NCBI GenBank assembly: GCA_035624375.1
Contig: DASPRR010000122.1
Location: forward strand, 1-51,990
DNA: 51,990 nt
Direction: 5' to 3'
DNA from: Thermodesulfobacteriota bacterium
Lineage (GTDB): Bacteria > Desulfobacterota > SM23-61
This document shows, in pieces, positions 51,768 to 51,990 of the stretch. The first letter of the stretch is position 1. Every line of letters starts with the position of its first letter. The position numbers and the translations under genes are program-made. A model generated the notes under the pieces. That model was not told the DNA's origin. It saw only the letters and a list, made by a program, of their open reading frames with translations, and ran no database searches.

Positions 51768-51990
51768 TTACACATTCAGCAGCTCACTGGGGTTTTTTGG
51801 GACCATTATCTGAATCTCTTCCCCGGTTATCCCTTGGGTTAATAGAGAAGCGATAAACATCCGCATCATTTCTGAAGGAAGGGAGGCCCAATCAAAGAAT
51901 GAATCTGTTGTGAGAACCAAACGCTCTGCTCCAATCTCCTTGACCCTTCGGCACATTTCCTGGATACTGATTCTGCAAAGGGCGGGGAGT
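51768..51990 (-). CDS. Amidohydrolase-like protein, C-terminal fragment (5' end outside window)
   Basis: The frame is open from the window edge: ...LPALCRISIQEMCRRVKEIGAERLVLTTDSFFDW...GEEIQIMVPKNPSELLNV. The ERLV-x-x-TDS... tail resembles metal-dependent amidohydrolase C-termini. Weak assignment. Confidence 0.4.
   Translation of the reverse strand, partial: LPALCRISIQEMCRRVKEIGAERLVLTTDSFFDWASLPSEMMRMFIASLLTQGITGEEIQIMVPKNPSELLNV

Overview
About 52 kb of GC-rich bacterial chromosome, densely coding on both strands. All calls come from reading the sequence and the ORF track; homology statements are family recognition from memory, and no searches were run. The gene content (GcdA-type carboxyltransferase, glutaryl-CoA-dehydrogenase-like enzyme, TAXI-TRAP uptake, sigma-54 regulation, radical SAM enzymes) suggests an anaerobic Desulfobacterota/Syntrophia-like organism, which is inference only.

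Layout, left to right:
- Truncated AlkA-like glycosylase (-).
- Stand-alone gcdA-like carboxyltransferase, and a cupin.
- Liv-type ABC transporter 1 (SBP, 2 permeases, 2 ATPases) followed by a BKACE-family gene.
- Trehalose locus: a membrane sensor-OtsA fusion (+), convergent with otsB, an unknown two-repeat protein and a treT-like gene (-).
- Liv-type ABC transporter 2.
- 7TM-GAF histidine kinase and an NtrC-type sigma-54 activator, then a near-consensus -24/-12 promoter in front of a zinc-ribbon radical SAM enzyme (Tes/HMPTM-like architecture).
- Small membrane protein.
- MrfA-like helicase fused to a YprB/MrfB-like exonuclease.
- Long minus-strand island: biotin carrier, acyl-CoA dehydrogenase, carboxyltransferase, family III CoA-transferase, two tandem TAXI binding proteins, DUF1850, fused TRAP permease, USP.
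- AtoE-like transporter and a URO-D/MtaA-like protein.
- ExeA-like ATPase with LysM and SPOR domains.
- A ~1.1 kb gene-poor stretch that is purine-rich on the + strand and carries a second sigma-54-type promoter on the - strand.
- MBL hydrolase, SAM hydroxide adenosyltransferase, Slt-type lytic transglycosylase.
- B12-type radical SAM protein (-), tRNA-Asp (-), and a truncated amidohydrolase-like gene (-).

No CRISPR array, rRNA, transposase or integrase was seen. Intergenic space is rich in several families of palindromic repeats. The most interesting items are the sensor kinase / sigma-54 / radical SAM module, the sensor-OtsA fusion, the unexplained purine-skewed region with its sigma-54 promoter, the helicase-exonuclease fusion and the dicarboxylate-like island. 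I did not find a clear-cut, demonstrably novel multi-gene system.
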